NCBI GenBank assembly: GCA_016699955.1
Contig: CP064993.1
Location: 1,020,001 to 1,052,000 of the forward strand
Reading direction: 5' to 3'
DNA: 32,000 bases
Source of the DNA: Candidatus Saccharimonadota bacterium
GTDB taxonomy: Bacteria > Patescibacteriota > Saccharimonadia > Saccharimonadales > UBA4665
The translations under genes were made by a program, and so were the position numbers. Each line of letters begins with the position of its first letter. Positions within the stretch are counted from its first letter, which is position 1. Shown here piece after piece: positions 1 to 9,536 of this stretch. A model generated the notes under the pieces. That model saw only the letters and a list, made by a program, of their open reading frames with translations, had not been told where the DNA came from and searched no databases.

Positions 1-1396
1 CTATTTCAGCGCGGATGCTCTCATACAATCTGTTACGGTTTACCTGGGATACAATTTTTGTGCTTATCGGTCTGCGCCCAGCCGGTTTCTCTTTTAGTAC
101 CGATACGTCGAGCTCACCGTATAGCGTCAGCGCCAGACTGCGCGGTATCGGCGTTGCCGTCAGGCTTAGGACATGGGGCATATGTCCAGCCTTAGCCATG
201 AGGCTTTTGCGCTGTTCGACTCCAAAACGATGCTGTTCATCGACAATAATCAAGCCTAGCCGCTGCATATCGACTGTCTCCTGAAACAGCGCGTGCGTAC
301 CCACCATAAGGCCTGCCTGCCCGCTCACAATCTGCTGTTTCGCAAGTTTTTTTTGAGCAGCCGTCATGCCACCTACTAGGAGTACTATCTTCTTATTTTG
401 GGCGGTAGCATGAAACAAAGAAGTCAGTGTTGTGTAGTGCTGGCGAGCGAGTAATTCTGTTGGCGCCATAAAAGCGACTTGGTATCCCCGATGGATAGCC
501 ATAAGAGCTGCCATGGCTGCCACAACCGTCTTGCCAGAGCCAACATCGCCCTCCACTAGCCGATTCATAGGATAGCGATGTTCCATATCTTGATAAATTT
601 GCCAGACGGCGCGGCGTTGGTCATCGGTTAACTTAAAAGGCAACGTACCAGCAAAGTGCTTGGCGAGCGCTTCATCAAATACAATCGACAAGGCATGTTC
701 ACTGCGGTTTTCCTGTTTGTTCAGCAAACTAGCCAGGCTGAGTTCAAATATTTCTTCAAAACCAAGTCGACGACGTGCCGCCGCTAGCTGTTCAGCTGTC
801 TTCGGATAATGCATGGCTTCAATTGCCTCGGACCGAGAAAGCAGATCATGTGCCGATACTAACCACTGTGGCAATGTTTCTGGTAGCGTTCGCAGCGTGG
901 CAACACATGCCCCAATGAGCTTTCTAAGCTGGGTTGTTTTTATAACTTTTGACTGCCGATAAACTGGGACAATTCGTGCCGTGTTAAGCGGAAACTCTTT
1001 TACAAGTTCGGCACTAGGATTCATAATCTGAAACCGCTGGTAGCTCAGCTCATATTGTCCGCTGACATAGTACTCCTGCCCTGCCTTCAAAGCTGCTGCC
1101 CGGTACGGCTGGTTAAACCACACTGTGCGTACGCTACCCGTTTCGTCTGAAAATATTGCCTCAGTCACATGCATTCCACGACGCACATATCGCCCACCCG
1201 CCTGCTTGAGTGTAGCTTTTACCGTGACTGCACCGGGCTGCAGGTTTCGAATACTCGACACCTCGGAATAATCTTCGTAGCGATGAGGCAAATAATCAAC
1301 CAGATCAAACACCGTGTTGATGCCTAGCTGCCTGAGTCCCTTGGCAACCTGCTCGCCAACGCCCTTTACAAATGTTACGTCATCACTAAGTTTCAT
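1..1396 (-). CDS. recG: ATP-dependent DNA helicase RecG, N-terminal ~465 aa (3' end lies beyond the window start)
   Basis: Absent from the ORF track because no stop codon falls inside the window. Hand translation of the minus strand from ATG (1396-1394) gives MKLSDDVTFVKGVGEQVAKGLRQLGINTVFDLVDYLPHRYEDY, then LTDDQRRAV, helicase motif I GDVGSGKT, motif II IIVDEQHRFGV and LSLTATPIPRSLA. The frame stays open to position 1. Confidence 0.9.
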   Translation of the reverse strand, partial: MKLSDDVTFVKGVGEQVAKGLRQLGINTVFDLVDYLPHRYEDYSEVSSIRNLQPGAVTVKATLKQAGGRYVRRGMHVTEAIFSDETGSVRTVWFNQPYRAAALKAGQEYYVSGQYELSYQRFQIMNPSAELVKEFPLNTARIVPVYRQSKVIKTTQLRKLIGACVATLRTLPETLPQWLVSAHDLLSRSEAIEAMHYPKTAEQLAAARRRLGFEEIFELSLASLLNKQENRSEHALSIVFDEALAKHFAGTLPFKLTDDQRRAVWQIYQDMEHRYPMNRLVEGDVGSGKTVVAAMAALMAIHRGYQVAFMAPTELLARQHYTTLTSLFHATAQNKKIVLLVGGMTAAQKKLAKQQIVSGQAGLMVGTHALFQETVDMQRLGLIIVDEQHRFGVEQRKSLMAKAGHMPHVLSLTATPIPRSLALTLYGELDVSVLKEKPAGRRPISTKIVSQVNRNRLYESIRAEI

Positions 1397-1611
1397 CTGG
1401 CGCAAGTTTCCTTTTTATGACTATATTTGAGTTCTGCTGCATGTACGCAGCCTGGCTGGCTAGTACTCGCTGCAACCAACATAATCCTTTGGGAGTAACC
1501 CGGCTCACCGCTCTGATCCAAATGGAGGTACTGCACCCAGTAATGGTACCAGAAATATGTTGTTAGTGATGCTTAGTGACTAAATGATCCCTCCAACTAG
1601 CTGGGTTACAT

Positions 1612-2517
1612 TTACCGGGGACGCGTCTCAGCCGTATGGTGGGCAGAAAGTTCAAGCGTGTCGTCTAACGGCGGCAGTTCTACGTTGTCATAGCGGCGGG
1701 AAAGTGCTAGGCGGAGAAGCTCGTCAGCGAAAACAGGGTTTTTGACGAGTACAGGACCATGGCTGTAGGTGCCAAACACATTGTACAAGCGACAACCTTC
1801 AGTTTTGTCCTGGCCATTGTTTCCTTCTCCCCGGGTCACAGTGCCGAAAGCCAGCGCCGGGTCGTCAAGCGTCGTAATGCCACTATGGTTTTCATACCCA
1901 ACCACTGTTCCAAACGGCGTATCGTACGTGGTATTGCCTATCATGCGCGTGTCACCGCCAACGGTTTCTAGCGGTAGCACCCCGATGCCTTTGATTACTT
2001 CGCCGGCGTTTGTCGTAAAGGCGCGGCCAAACAGCTGGTACATGCCACATATCATAAGCATAACAACACCTTCTTCGGCCATTTTTTTTAATATTGGTGC
2101 CTTTTGAGCCAGATCATCTTGAATCTGCCCTTGTCCGGCGTCTTGCCCACCGCCACCGATTATAATATCTGCTTCACTTGGGATGATATCGCCAACACCG
2201 ACAAGCTCTACTTGGACGTCAAAACCACGCCACTCAGCGCGCTTCTGCAGCACCAGCCTGTTTCCCGTATCACCGTAAATATTCATTTCTTGGGGGTACA
2301 GATGGACAACAGTCAAACGGCGAGCGCCGTCTTGACTCGACTTCCGCAAACCCCCCGCGTCTTCAAAATTGCTTGGGGACGAGTCGGAAGGCAGTTTATC
2401 TGCAAAAAGCGGAGTCGTTGCTTCACCGACATAAGAAAAGTCACCTACAAACGTTCCTGGTGAGTCTGAGAAGAGGGGGTTATCGGGTGTGTCTTGTCTA
2501 CGTGATTCGTCCGTCAT
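1612..2517 (-). CDS. gatD: Lipid II isoglutaminyl synthase, glutamine amidotransferase subunit GatD (CobQ/CobB-type GATase), with ~65-aa low-complexity N-terminal extension
   Basis: 301 aa. LTVVHLYPQEMNIYGDTGN, nucleophile context ICGMYQLFG, GYENHSG and GNNGQDKTEGCRLYNVFGTYSHGPVL match the GatD partner of MurT. Its ATG overlaps the murT stop (ATGA, 2514-2517). Confidence 0.85.
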   Translation of the reverse strand: MTDESRRQDTPDNPLFSDSPGTFVGDFSYVGEATTPLFADKLPSDSSPSNFEDAGGLRKSSQDGARRLTVVHLYPQEMNIYGDTGNRLVLQKRAEWRGFDVQVELVGVGDIIPSEADIIIGGGGQDAGQGQIQDDLAQKAPILKKMAEEGVVMLMICGMYQLFGRAFTTNAGEVIKGIGVLPLETVGGDTRMIGNTTYDTPFGTVVGYENHSGITTLDDPALAFGTVTRGEGNNGQDKTEGCRLYNVFGTYSHGPVLVKNPVFADELLRLALSRRYDNVELPPLDDTLELSAHHTAETRPR

Positions 2518-3800
2518 GATGCATGACTCCCTTCGTCCAGCCCCGAATGAACACCCAGATATAGGCTACGTATCTTAAGCATGGCCGTATATGTGCAAAA
2601 TATGATTGCTGAGCCAGTTTCAATGTCGACACTGGCTGCAAACTGCTTGGCGAACGTCTCAATATCGTCAATCACGTTCGACACAGTTATTTCGTCGTAT
2701 TTGAGCCGGTTGGCAATATCTGCCGCCCGCAATCCGCCGCACAGCACCGGTTGCCGAACACTAGTGAAATCAACATCCCAAAGCCAAGAAACATCACGTC
2801 CGTCTGGGTAATCGTCGTTTATCGCAATTCCGATTGTTTTGTAGCTCTTAAGCTCAAGCATACGAAGCGCTTGCGTAAAGCCGCCAGGATTTTTGACAAG
2901 CTGCAGTGTTAACTCGCCGCCGCCGGGGATACTAATGACTTCCCCCCTGCCAAAAGCCGGCTCCGCTACCAAAATTGCTTTGGCGTTTTTCGCTGTGTCG
3001 GGTCGAGGCACAATCTGATACAGCACGCACATCGCTGCCGCGAGATTGAGCGCATTATGTCCTCCCTGTATATGAAACTTGTAGCGATGCGGCGTTCCGT
3101 ATATGTTCAGTGAGACCGATTCCTCGTCGTATCCGTTCAACTCAACCGCCGGTGTTTTTGCCACAGAATAATTGGAGCTTTCGCCGTGGTATAGCTGATC
3201 GTCGGTAAGAAAATTTGCTTGCAAATCGCGGATGTGTGAAAACCAAATTGTTTTGGCTGTTTCCTGCGGCACGATGGTTTCAACTCGTTCGTCATTTGCA
3301 TTCAGAACGACAAATTCTGTTGCCGAGCTGGCTAGCGACTGAAGCAATTTGAGCGTTGTATCTATTTCACCAAACCGGTCCATCTGATCCCGCATGATGT
3401 TCAGGATGAGCACACCTCGAGGTTTTACAACGCGAGCAAAATGTACCGCATGCGCTTCGTCTTGTTCGAAAACGGCAATGTCGTAGTTGAGCTTCCCTTT
3501 CCATGTTGCCCTGTCTACCACAGAGCTTATAATGCCTCGCACAAAATTACTTCCCGTCGGATTACTGAGAACCCGTATTCCCTGCGCTTCAAGAAGACTG
3601 ACAATTAGTTTTGTGGTTGTTGTTTTGCCGTTTGTCCCAGAAACAATGATAACTCCACTAGGCAACTGGGAAAGCATTTTTGCCAAAAAGCCTGGGCTAA
3701 TTTTTTCAACGACTCGACCCGGCAAGGCCGAACCAGTTCGGCCGAACAGATGCAACCCTTTAAAAGTTAATTTTCCTACTAAAAGACTAAAAAAACGCAT
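2514..3800 (-). CDS. murT: Lipid II isoglutaminyl synthase, Mur-ligase-like subunit MurT
   Basis: 428 aa. Mur-ligase P-loop SGTNGKTTTTKL, followed by and translationally coupled to gatD. Confidence 0.88.
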   Translation of the reverse strand: MRFFSLLVGKLTFKGLHLFGRTGSALPGRVVEKISPGFLAKMLSQLPSGVIIVSGTNGKTTTTKLIVSLLEAQGIRVLSNPTGSNFVRGIISSVVDRATWKGKLNYDIAVFEQDEAHAVHFARVVKPRGVLILNIMRDQMDRFGEIDTTLKLLQSLASSATEFVVLNANDERVETIVPQETAKTIWFSHIRDLQANFLTDDQLYHGESSNYSVAKTPAVELNGYDEESVSLNIYGTPHRYKFHIQGGHNALNLAAAMCVLYQIVPRPDTAKNAKAILVAEPAFGRGEVISIPGGGELTLQLVKNPGGFTQALRMLELKSYKTIGIAINDDYPDGRDVSWLWDVDFTSVRQPVLCGGLRAADIANRLKYDEITVSNVIDDIETFAKQFAASVDIETGSAIIFCTYTAMLKIRSLYLGVHSGLDEGSHAS

Positions 3801-3806
3801 GCGCTT

Positions 3807-3812
3807 AGTATA
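3807..3812 (-). promoter_or_regulatory. Candidate -10 box TATACT, 6 nt upstream of the murT ATG (possible leaderless start; lies in the 14-nt gap after tyrS)
   Basis: Minus strand reads TATACT aagcgc ATG. No Shine-Dalgarno sequence. Alternatively murT is simply co-transcribed with tyrS. Confidence 0.3.
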
Positions 3813-3814
3813 GC

Positions 3815-5062
3815 CTATGCAAGCTCTACGAGAGCAGAATCCTTAAAAGCTTTGCCACGGCGCAGTAGCAGACGGCCAGACGAAAACAGCCCGGGATTCA
3901 AATTTTCATCTGAAGTTTTCACCCCATTTATGGAAATAGCGTTACTTTGCAGTAGGCGGCGAGCTTCTCCTTTAGAGCTGGCAAGCCCACTTCCAACAAG
4001 CGCGTCAAGCAACGAACCAGATTCGGTTGTTTGAACAGAGGGAATCTCTGCCCGAAGTGCTGTTAAGGTAGTGTCATCAGCATCGCCGACAAACGCGTCT
4101 CCCACCAGGCAGGCGGTCACGTGCTGGGCAACTAGAAGGGCTTCGTCGCCATGGACAAGCCGCGTTACTTCTTCTGCTAAGCGAGTTTGTGCGTAGCGAA
4201 CACCAGGATTTTCGCGCTGTTTGGCCATGATTGCTTCGATTTCTTCGCGCGGAAGTAGTGTGTATATTTTAAGATAATCCTCTGCGCCGAGGTCATCGCA
4301 GTTGATCCAGAACTGATAAAACGCCGTTGGCGTTGTTTTAGCAGGATCAAGCCAGATGGCGCCACCTTCGCTTTTACCAAATTTGACACCGGTAGACTTG
4401 TTGACAATGAGCGGCGCGGTCCAAATGTGCGCTTCACCACCGGCAACACGGCGGATGAGATCAACGCCGGCAATACAGTTCCCCCATTGGTCAGATCCTG
4501 CCACTTGGAGCGTGGCACCCTTTTCGCGGTATAGATGCAGGAAATCGTAGCCCTGTATCAGTGCGTAGCTGAACTCGGCATAGGAAATGCCGTTACCATC
4601 TTCGCCTAAGCGCTCCTGAACAAACTCTCGGCCAAGCATATGGCGCACCGGCACGTGCTTGCCGACTTCACGGAGAAAGTCGAGGTAGCCGTAGTTTTTA
4701 AACCAGTCGTAATTATCAACAATTTCAAAGTCATGGCCAACAAATATCCGACGATACTGCGCCGAAATTCCTTGCTTGTTTCGTTCAATGTCGTCAAGAG
4801 AAAGTAAGTCTCGTTCTTGTTTTTTTCCGTCTGGGTCACCAATCATGCCAGTCGCGCCTCCAACGAGCAAAATAGCCTTGTGCCCGTGGTCTATAAAATG
4901 CCGTACCATCATGGCGAGGGCAAAGTTACCAACTGTCATGCTGTCTGCACTGGGGTCAACACCCCAGTAAAATGTGATTGGGTCGCCGTTTAGCACGTTG
5001 GCGTCTTTGTATGTTGTTTGGTTAACAAAACCGCGCCAAGTTAGTTCCTCTGAGAGTGTCAT
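3815..5062 (-). CDS. tyrS: Tyrosine--tRNA ligase (type 1, C-terminal S4 domain)
   Basis: 415 aa. GVDPSADS..., LLVGGATGMIGDPDGK, KMSKS-equivalent KFGKSEGG, C-terminal S4-like RRLLQSNAISINGVK. The HIGH position reads TVGN (see findings). Confidence 0.9.
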   Translation of the reverse strand: MTLSEELTWRGFVNQTTYKDANVLNGDPITFYWGVDPSADSMTVGNFALAMMVRHFIDHGHKAILLVGGATGMIGDPDGKKQERDLLSLDDIERNKQGISAQYRRIFVGHDFEIVDNYDWFKNYGYLDFLREVGKHVPVRHMLGREFVQERLGEDGNGISYAEFSYALIQGYDFLHLYREKGATLQVAGSDQWGNCIAGVDLIRRVAGGEAHIWTAPLIVNKSTGVKFGKSEGGAIWLDPAKTTPTAFYQFWINCDDLGAEDYLKIYTLLPREEIEAIMAKQRENPGVRYAQTRLAEEVTRLVHGDEALLVAQHVTACLVGDAFVGDADDTTLTALRAEIPSVQTTESGSLLDALVGSGLASSKGEARRLLQSNAISINGVKTSDENLNPGLFSSGRLLLRRGKAFKDSALVELA

Positions 5063-5068
5063 TCAAAC

Positions 5069-5074
5069 AGTATA
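5069..5074 (-). promoter_or_regulatory. Candidate -10 box TATACT, 6 nt upstream of the tyrS ATG (leaderless architecture)
   Basis: Minus strand reads TATACT gtttga ATG. No SD motif. Confidence 0.45.
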
Positions 5075-5180
5075 CTATAAATACTTCGAGGTAATAGCGC
5101 CCTGGGCGCTTGGCTCTAGCCCTGCAGTAAACTATCCTTCTAGCCTGTGATATTTTGCTTGTGCTTCGCGAACTAGATTT

Positions 5181-5189
5181 TGCTATACT
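5181..5189 (+). promoter_or_regulatory. Candidate extended -10 promoter TGcTATACT for the PBP gene
   Basis: TGCTATACT lies 37 nt upstream of ATG 5227 in the tyrS/PBP divergent region. The same 9-mer recurs at 23106-23114. Confidence 0.45.
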
Positions 5190-5226
5190 GTAGGACATAC
5201 GTAAGTGGAGTATATAGCTTAATCTC

Positions 5227-8157
5227 ATGAAACAGCTTGAATCGAATCGTCCTAGGCGCACGCGCGCAAAATCCAACACTTTCACCACGCGAAGTGGGAA
5301 ATCAATCAAAGTAAACCGATCACTAAACGATAGGCTCAAAGCTGGTCGAGAAGCGAAAGCCCGACGCAAAGCTGCATATCTGAGTAGTCTGCCTGCTAAC
5401 CCCTGGAAACGGTTTTTCTACAGAATTAGTCCAAAAAGAGTGGCCAAATATTGGTTTAGCCGTCAGGGCGCGCTTATGGCTCTCAAAATCACCGGAATAT
5501 GCTTTGTGGTTGGCTTTTTACTATTGGTTGGAGTATTTGCCTACTTTCGCAAAGATCTACCAAAAATCAATGACATCTCGGGTAACACATTTGGTGGGAG
5601 CATAACATATTATGACCGCACTGGAACGGTACTTCTGTACCAGGACTATGATGCCAAAAAACGCGTACCAGTCGCAGATGACAAAATTGCAGAAGTAATG
5701 AAACAGGCGACTCTTGCCATAGAAGACCGCAATTTCTTTGAACACGGTGCATTCGACACTAAAGGTATAGCACGCGCAGCAGTCAATGAAGTCAAAGGCG
5801 GCAGCGGCGGGCGGCAGGGTGGTTCAACCATCACCCAGCAGCTGGTCAAGCTTAGTGAAGGATGGGAAAACGAACGTACTGTCAGTCGTAAAATAAAAGA
5901 GCTGATTCTGGCCGTTGAGCTCGAACGTGAATATAGCAAAAAAGAAATACTGACTGGGTACCTAAACATGGCACCTTACGGCAACGTGAACTACGGCGTA
6001 GAAACGGCGGCGCAAGACTACTTTGGCGTCAGCGCCAAAGACCTCAGTCTAGCCCAAGCGGCAATGCTGGCTGCCATACCAAAAGCACCCGGCTCACTTT
6101 CACCCTACAGCAGCCCGGAGTTCAATAAAAGCCTCGGCACAAACTATTTTGATAAAGAATGGCTACTCGAACGCCAAGTTTACATACTCGATATCATGAT
6201 TGACGAAAAATACATTACCAAGCAGCAGGCAGATGAAGCTAAAAAGGTTGACATTCTCGCCCAGGTGAAGCCCCGTCAAGATAAATACACAAATATCAAA
6301 GCCCCTTATTTTGTGCTAGCCGCCCGCGACGAGCTATATAGAACTTTTCCGAAGGGTGCAGTCGATAACGGTGGCTGGAAAGTAACTACATCGATTGATA
6401 TGGACATGCAGGCACTGGCCGAAAAATCTATGGCAGATGGTCGGGCTCGATTAACGGCACAAAGAGCCGAGGTTGGGGCATTTGTTGCCGAAGACAACGA
6501 CACCGGACAAATAGTTGCTCTAGTCGGTGGCTGGGGGCTAGACACCCCCGGTTATGGTGAGAACAACTACGCGAGCCAAATGTACATATCACCCGGTTCA
6601 AGCATTAAGCCCTACAACTACCTCACTTTCATCGATAACAACAAAAACGTCGGTGCCGGTAGCGTCCTCTACGATACACAAGGCCCCATTGCACAATATA
6701 CCTGTACAAATAAATCTCGACCTCCAGCCGGAAACTGCCTGTTTGACTTTGACCGCCGCTACCCTGGACCGATGACCATACGCTACGCGCTCGGTGGTTC
6801 ACGCAACGTACCAGCCGTAAAAGCTTTTACGTCAGCCGTACCAAACGACACCAGCCCTGGGCGCACAACCTCAATGAATAAAGTTATTTCCACCATAGAC
6901 GGGCTCATGGATAACCCCGACGGATACCGCTGCTTTAAGGACGAGACAGATCTTACAAGAGCAACAAAGGCGGACGAGCAACAGTGCTATGCCTCTGCCG
7001 GCATCGGCGACGGCGCTTACTTACACCTTGACGACCATGTTCATGGCATAGCTTCAATTAGTCGTCTTGGGAAAACACTTCCAAAGACCTATCTTTTAAA
7101 AGTAACAAACGCTTCTGGCAAAACCCTCAAAGAGTTCAAGCAGCCTGAAGGCAAGCAAATTGTCAAGCCAGATTCGGCGTACATTGTCAACGATATGGCT
7201 TCAGACCCGGGTGCTTCGTACCTTGGAAACAACTGTAACGAACAGGGCTGTAGTGGTTTGAAATTTCACCGCTACAAAGGATGGAAGATAGCAATTAAAA
7301 CCGGCACAACGAACGATTTGCTCGATGGTATGATGGTAAGCTGGTCAAAGAAATACTCGGCTGGCATATGGGTCGGTAATCACACGCGTACCGTGCCGTA
7401 CGTTGGTCAACCAGAAAATATGACGGCCCCTATTATGAAACAGTTCATGCAGGGTGCTCATGACAGAGCAGGCGCGCCCGATAACTGGAAAGAACCAGCC
7501 GGCATAAAAACTGCCCCCGCCTTTGTAAACCGCAGCAAAAACGGTGCCGGGCAAATAGTCCCAAGCCGCGCGACTGACTTGTTTCCCTCGTGGTATGTCG
7601 GCAAGGCTGCCTCAACCAACGAAGTGCTTGACAAAGTTTCAAACAAACTCGCTACCAGCTGTACGCCTCCGTTAGCAAAGCAAACCAGTGCAAACAGCAA
7701 CGCAGCAGGCTGGAATGTCGACGTCTTCTCGGGAGGCAACACTGGCGGCAGCGCTCCTGCCACCGGAAATGATGATATTCACAACTGCAACGACGCTAAA
7801 CCGTCGGCTAGTATTACTGCTATCAATGGCGCGTCAACCGATAGCCAGGCTGGCTTAACTTGCCCAGCAGATGGCTGTAGTATTATGGTTCGGATTGACC
7901 AAGGAACCCATGCGCTAACCGACAGCAACCGACCCAGCTTCCCTGGTACAATTGCGCTGCTGGTAAATGGCCAGTCCGTCCAATCTCAAGGAGTCAGTGC
8001 TAGCGGCGACTATCAGTTCACCTACGTTCCGAGCGCTGGTTCGACGGGTGCGGCAGAAATAACTGTCCAGGTAACTGATAGTGTTCTGTACCAAGGTACC
8101 GATACAACGAGCGTAACAGTTAGCGTAGCGGAAACAACGACAACCAGCAGCCCCTAG
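5227..8157 (+). CDS. Class A penicillin-binding protein (GT51 transglycosylase + transpeptidase) with N-terminal membrane anchor and ~240-aa C-terminal extension
   Basis: 976 aa. GT51 motifs EDRNFFEHGAFD, GGSTITQQLVK, RKIKELILAVELE. Transpeptidase motifs SSIK (SxxK), SRN and KTGTT. TM segment ITGICFVVGFLLLVGVFAYF. Confidence 0.9.
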   Translation: MKQLESNRPRRTRAKSNTFTTRSGKSIKVNRSLNDRLKAGREAKARRKAAYLSSLPANPWKRFFYRISPKRVAKYWFSRQGALMALKITGICFVVGFLLLVGVFAYFRKDLPKINDISGNTFGGSITYYDRTGTVLLYQDYDAKKRVPVADDKIAEVMKQATLAIEDRNFFEHGAFDTKGIARAAVNEVKGGSGGRQGGSTITQQLVKLSEGWENERTVSRKIKELILAVELEREYSKKEILTGYLNMAPYGNVNYGVETAAQDYFGVSAKDLSLAQAAMLAAIPKAPGSLSPYSSPEFNKSLGTNYFDKEWLLERQVYILDIMIDEKYITKQQADEAKKVDILAQVKPRQDKYTNIKAPYFVLAARDELYRTFPKGAVDNGGWKVTTSIDMDMQALAEKSMADGRARLTAQRAEVGAFVAEDNDTGQIVALVGGWGLDTPGYGENNYASQMYISPGSSIKPYNYLTFIDNNKNVGAGSVLYDTQGPIAQYTCTNKSRPPAGNCLFDFDRRYPGPMTIRYALGGSRNVPAVKAFTSAVPNDTSPGRTTSMNKVISTIDGLMDNPDGYRCFKDETDLTRATKADEQQCYASAGIGDGAYLHLDDHVHGIASISRLGKTLPKTYLLKVTNASGKTLKEFKQPEGKQIVKPDSAYIVNDMASDPGASYLGNNCNEQGCSGLKFHRYKGWKIAIKTGTTNDLLDGMMVSWSKKYSAGIWVGNHTRTVPYVGQPENMTAPIMKQFMQGAHDRAGAPDNWKEPAGIKTAPAFVNRSKNGAGQIVPSRATDLFPSWYVGKAASTNEVLDKVSNKLATSCTPPLAKQTSANSNAAGWNVDVFSGGNTGGSAPATGNDDIHNCNDAKPSASITAINGASTDSQAGLTCPADGCSIMVRIDQGTHALTDSNRPSFPGTIALLVNGQSVQSQGVSASGDYQFTYVPSAGSTGAAEITVQVTDSVLYQGTDTTSVTVSVAETTTTSSP

Positions 8158-8183
8158 CTAGCTCGAACGTAGCGTAATTGATT

Positions 8184-9536
8184 TTACTTTTCTAAAAATT
8201 CATTCAACGCTGTTCTAACATCTGGGACAACATGTAAAAATGAGCTCTGTTTTTTGCTGCCTCGGTCGCGTGGACCAACCGCACAGTCAAAGCCAAGTTT
8301 CTGGGCTTCTGCGACACGTTTTTCTATGAATGGTACATGTCTAATTTCACCCGACAAACCTACCTCGCCAAATACGGCTGCATTTTGTTTTAGCTTCATG
8401 CCTTTTGCAGCCGAGCCAATTGCCATACAAATTGCCAAATCGGCCGCCGGGTCTTGAAGACGTAAACCACCGACAATATTGACGTATATATCCTGATCAG
8501 CTAGTTGCAATTTTGTCCGGCGCTCCAAAACTGCAACTAGCAAATTAACCCGGTTTAGATCAATGCCGCTAGCAGCCCTTTTTGGGTAACCGTAGCTGGT
8601 TTTATTGACAAGTGCCTGCACTTCTACTAGCAATGGACGAGTTCCTTCCAGAGTAGCAAGGACCACAGACCCATCGGTAATCTGCCGTTCTTCTAGGAGC
8701 GCCTGAGACGGGTTGAGAACTGTTTTTAAGCCTTGTGCATCCATTTCCATAATGGCGGCTTCGGTAGTTGGACCAAACCGGTTTTTGGTTGCTCGGAGTA
8801 CTTTAAAACCGCCGTACGCGTCTCCCTCCAAGGTCAATACAACATCGACGATATGCTCGAGGAGCTTGGGGCCAGCGATTGACCCTTCTTTGGTGACATG
8901 TCCAACAATAAGAAGCGCCGTATCCGACTGCTTGGCCGCTTGAAGAAGCAGATTTGTACTATTTGTTATTTGGCTCACGCTGCCCGGTGCGGATGATACC
9001 CCTGCAACCGTCATTGTTTGCACAGAGTCAACCACCACAAGCTGGAAATCCCCGCTGGAGATTGTTGAAGCGGCATCATCCGCCGAGTTACTGCTAGCAA
9101 TCTGAAGCCGATCACCACCCGCCCCAAGCCGACTAGCACGCATAGCTACCTGGTGTTGTGATTCTTCGCCGCTAATATAAAGTACGGCGTGGTCTTTGGA
9201 AACAGCGTTTGCCAACTGCATAAGTAGCGTGCTTTTACCTATTCCCGGCTGCCCAGCTATAAGCACGACACCACCCGCCACGAGCCCTCCTCCGAGAACC
9301 ATATCAACATCGGCTATGGCTGTAGCTATTCGGCGCTCAGCTTTGGCTTTTGAGGCAGATATCACCTGGGAGGTAAGTTTTCTCCCTGACGACTTCACCC
9401 CATTCGGGCCAGAACCAACTAGCTGAACCTCTTCGGAAATAGAATTCCATTCGTCGCATTGGGCACACCTTCCCGCCCAGGCACTGTAAATAGCACCGCA
9501 GTTTGCGCAAACATATCGAACTGTATTTTTAGCCAT
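8184..9536 (-). CDS. radA: DNA repair protein RadA/Sms
   Basis: 450 aa. N-terminal zinc ribbon CANCGAIYSAWAGRCAQCDEWNS, Walker A GQPGIGKST, KNRFG motif, Lon-protease-like C-terminus. Confidence 0.95.
   Translation of the reverse strand: MAKNTVRYVCANCGAIYSAWAGRCAQCDEWNSISEEVQLVGSGPNGVKSSGRKLTSQVISASKAKAERRIATAIADVDMVLGGGLVAGGVVLIAGQPGIGKSTLLMQLANAVSKDHAVLYISGEESQHQVAMRASRLGAGGDRLQIASSNSADDAASTISSGDFQLVVVDSVQTMTVAGVSSAPGSVSQITNSTNLLLQAAKQSDTALLIVGHVTKEGSIAGPKLLEHIVDVVLTLEGDAYGGFKVLRATKNRFGPTTEAAIMEMDAQGLKTVLNPSQALLEERQITDGSVVLATLEGTRPLLVEVQALVNKTSYGYPKRAASGIDLNRVNLLVAVLERRTKLQLADQDIYVNIVGGLRLQDPAADLAICMAIGSAAKGMKLKQNAAVFGEVGLSGEIRHVPFIEKRVAEAQKLGFDCAVGPRDRGSKKQSSFLHVVPDVRTALNEFLEK

Noticed and set aside
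15-284. 89-aa plus-strand ORF at the window start
   Set aside because: Antisense to recG, which is missing from the ORF track only because it has no in-window stop. The minus-strand translation carries the helicase motifs.
5063-5226. Possible T-box riboswitch leader upstream of tyrS
   Set aside because: I looked on the tyrS strand for the T-box core (GGGTGGTACCGCG-like) and a specifier/terminator arrangement and found none. A -10 box sits 6 nt from the ATG, leaving no room for a leader.
5022-5369. 115-aa minus-strand ORF spanning the tyrS/PBP divergent region
   Set aside because: It overlaps the 5' ends of two well-supported genes and the promoter region, and its sequence is not protein-like.
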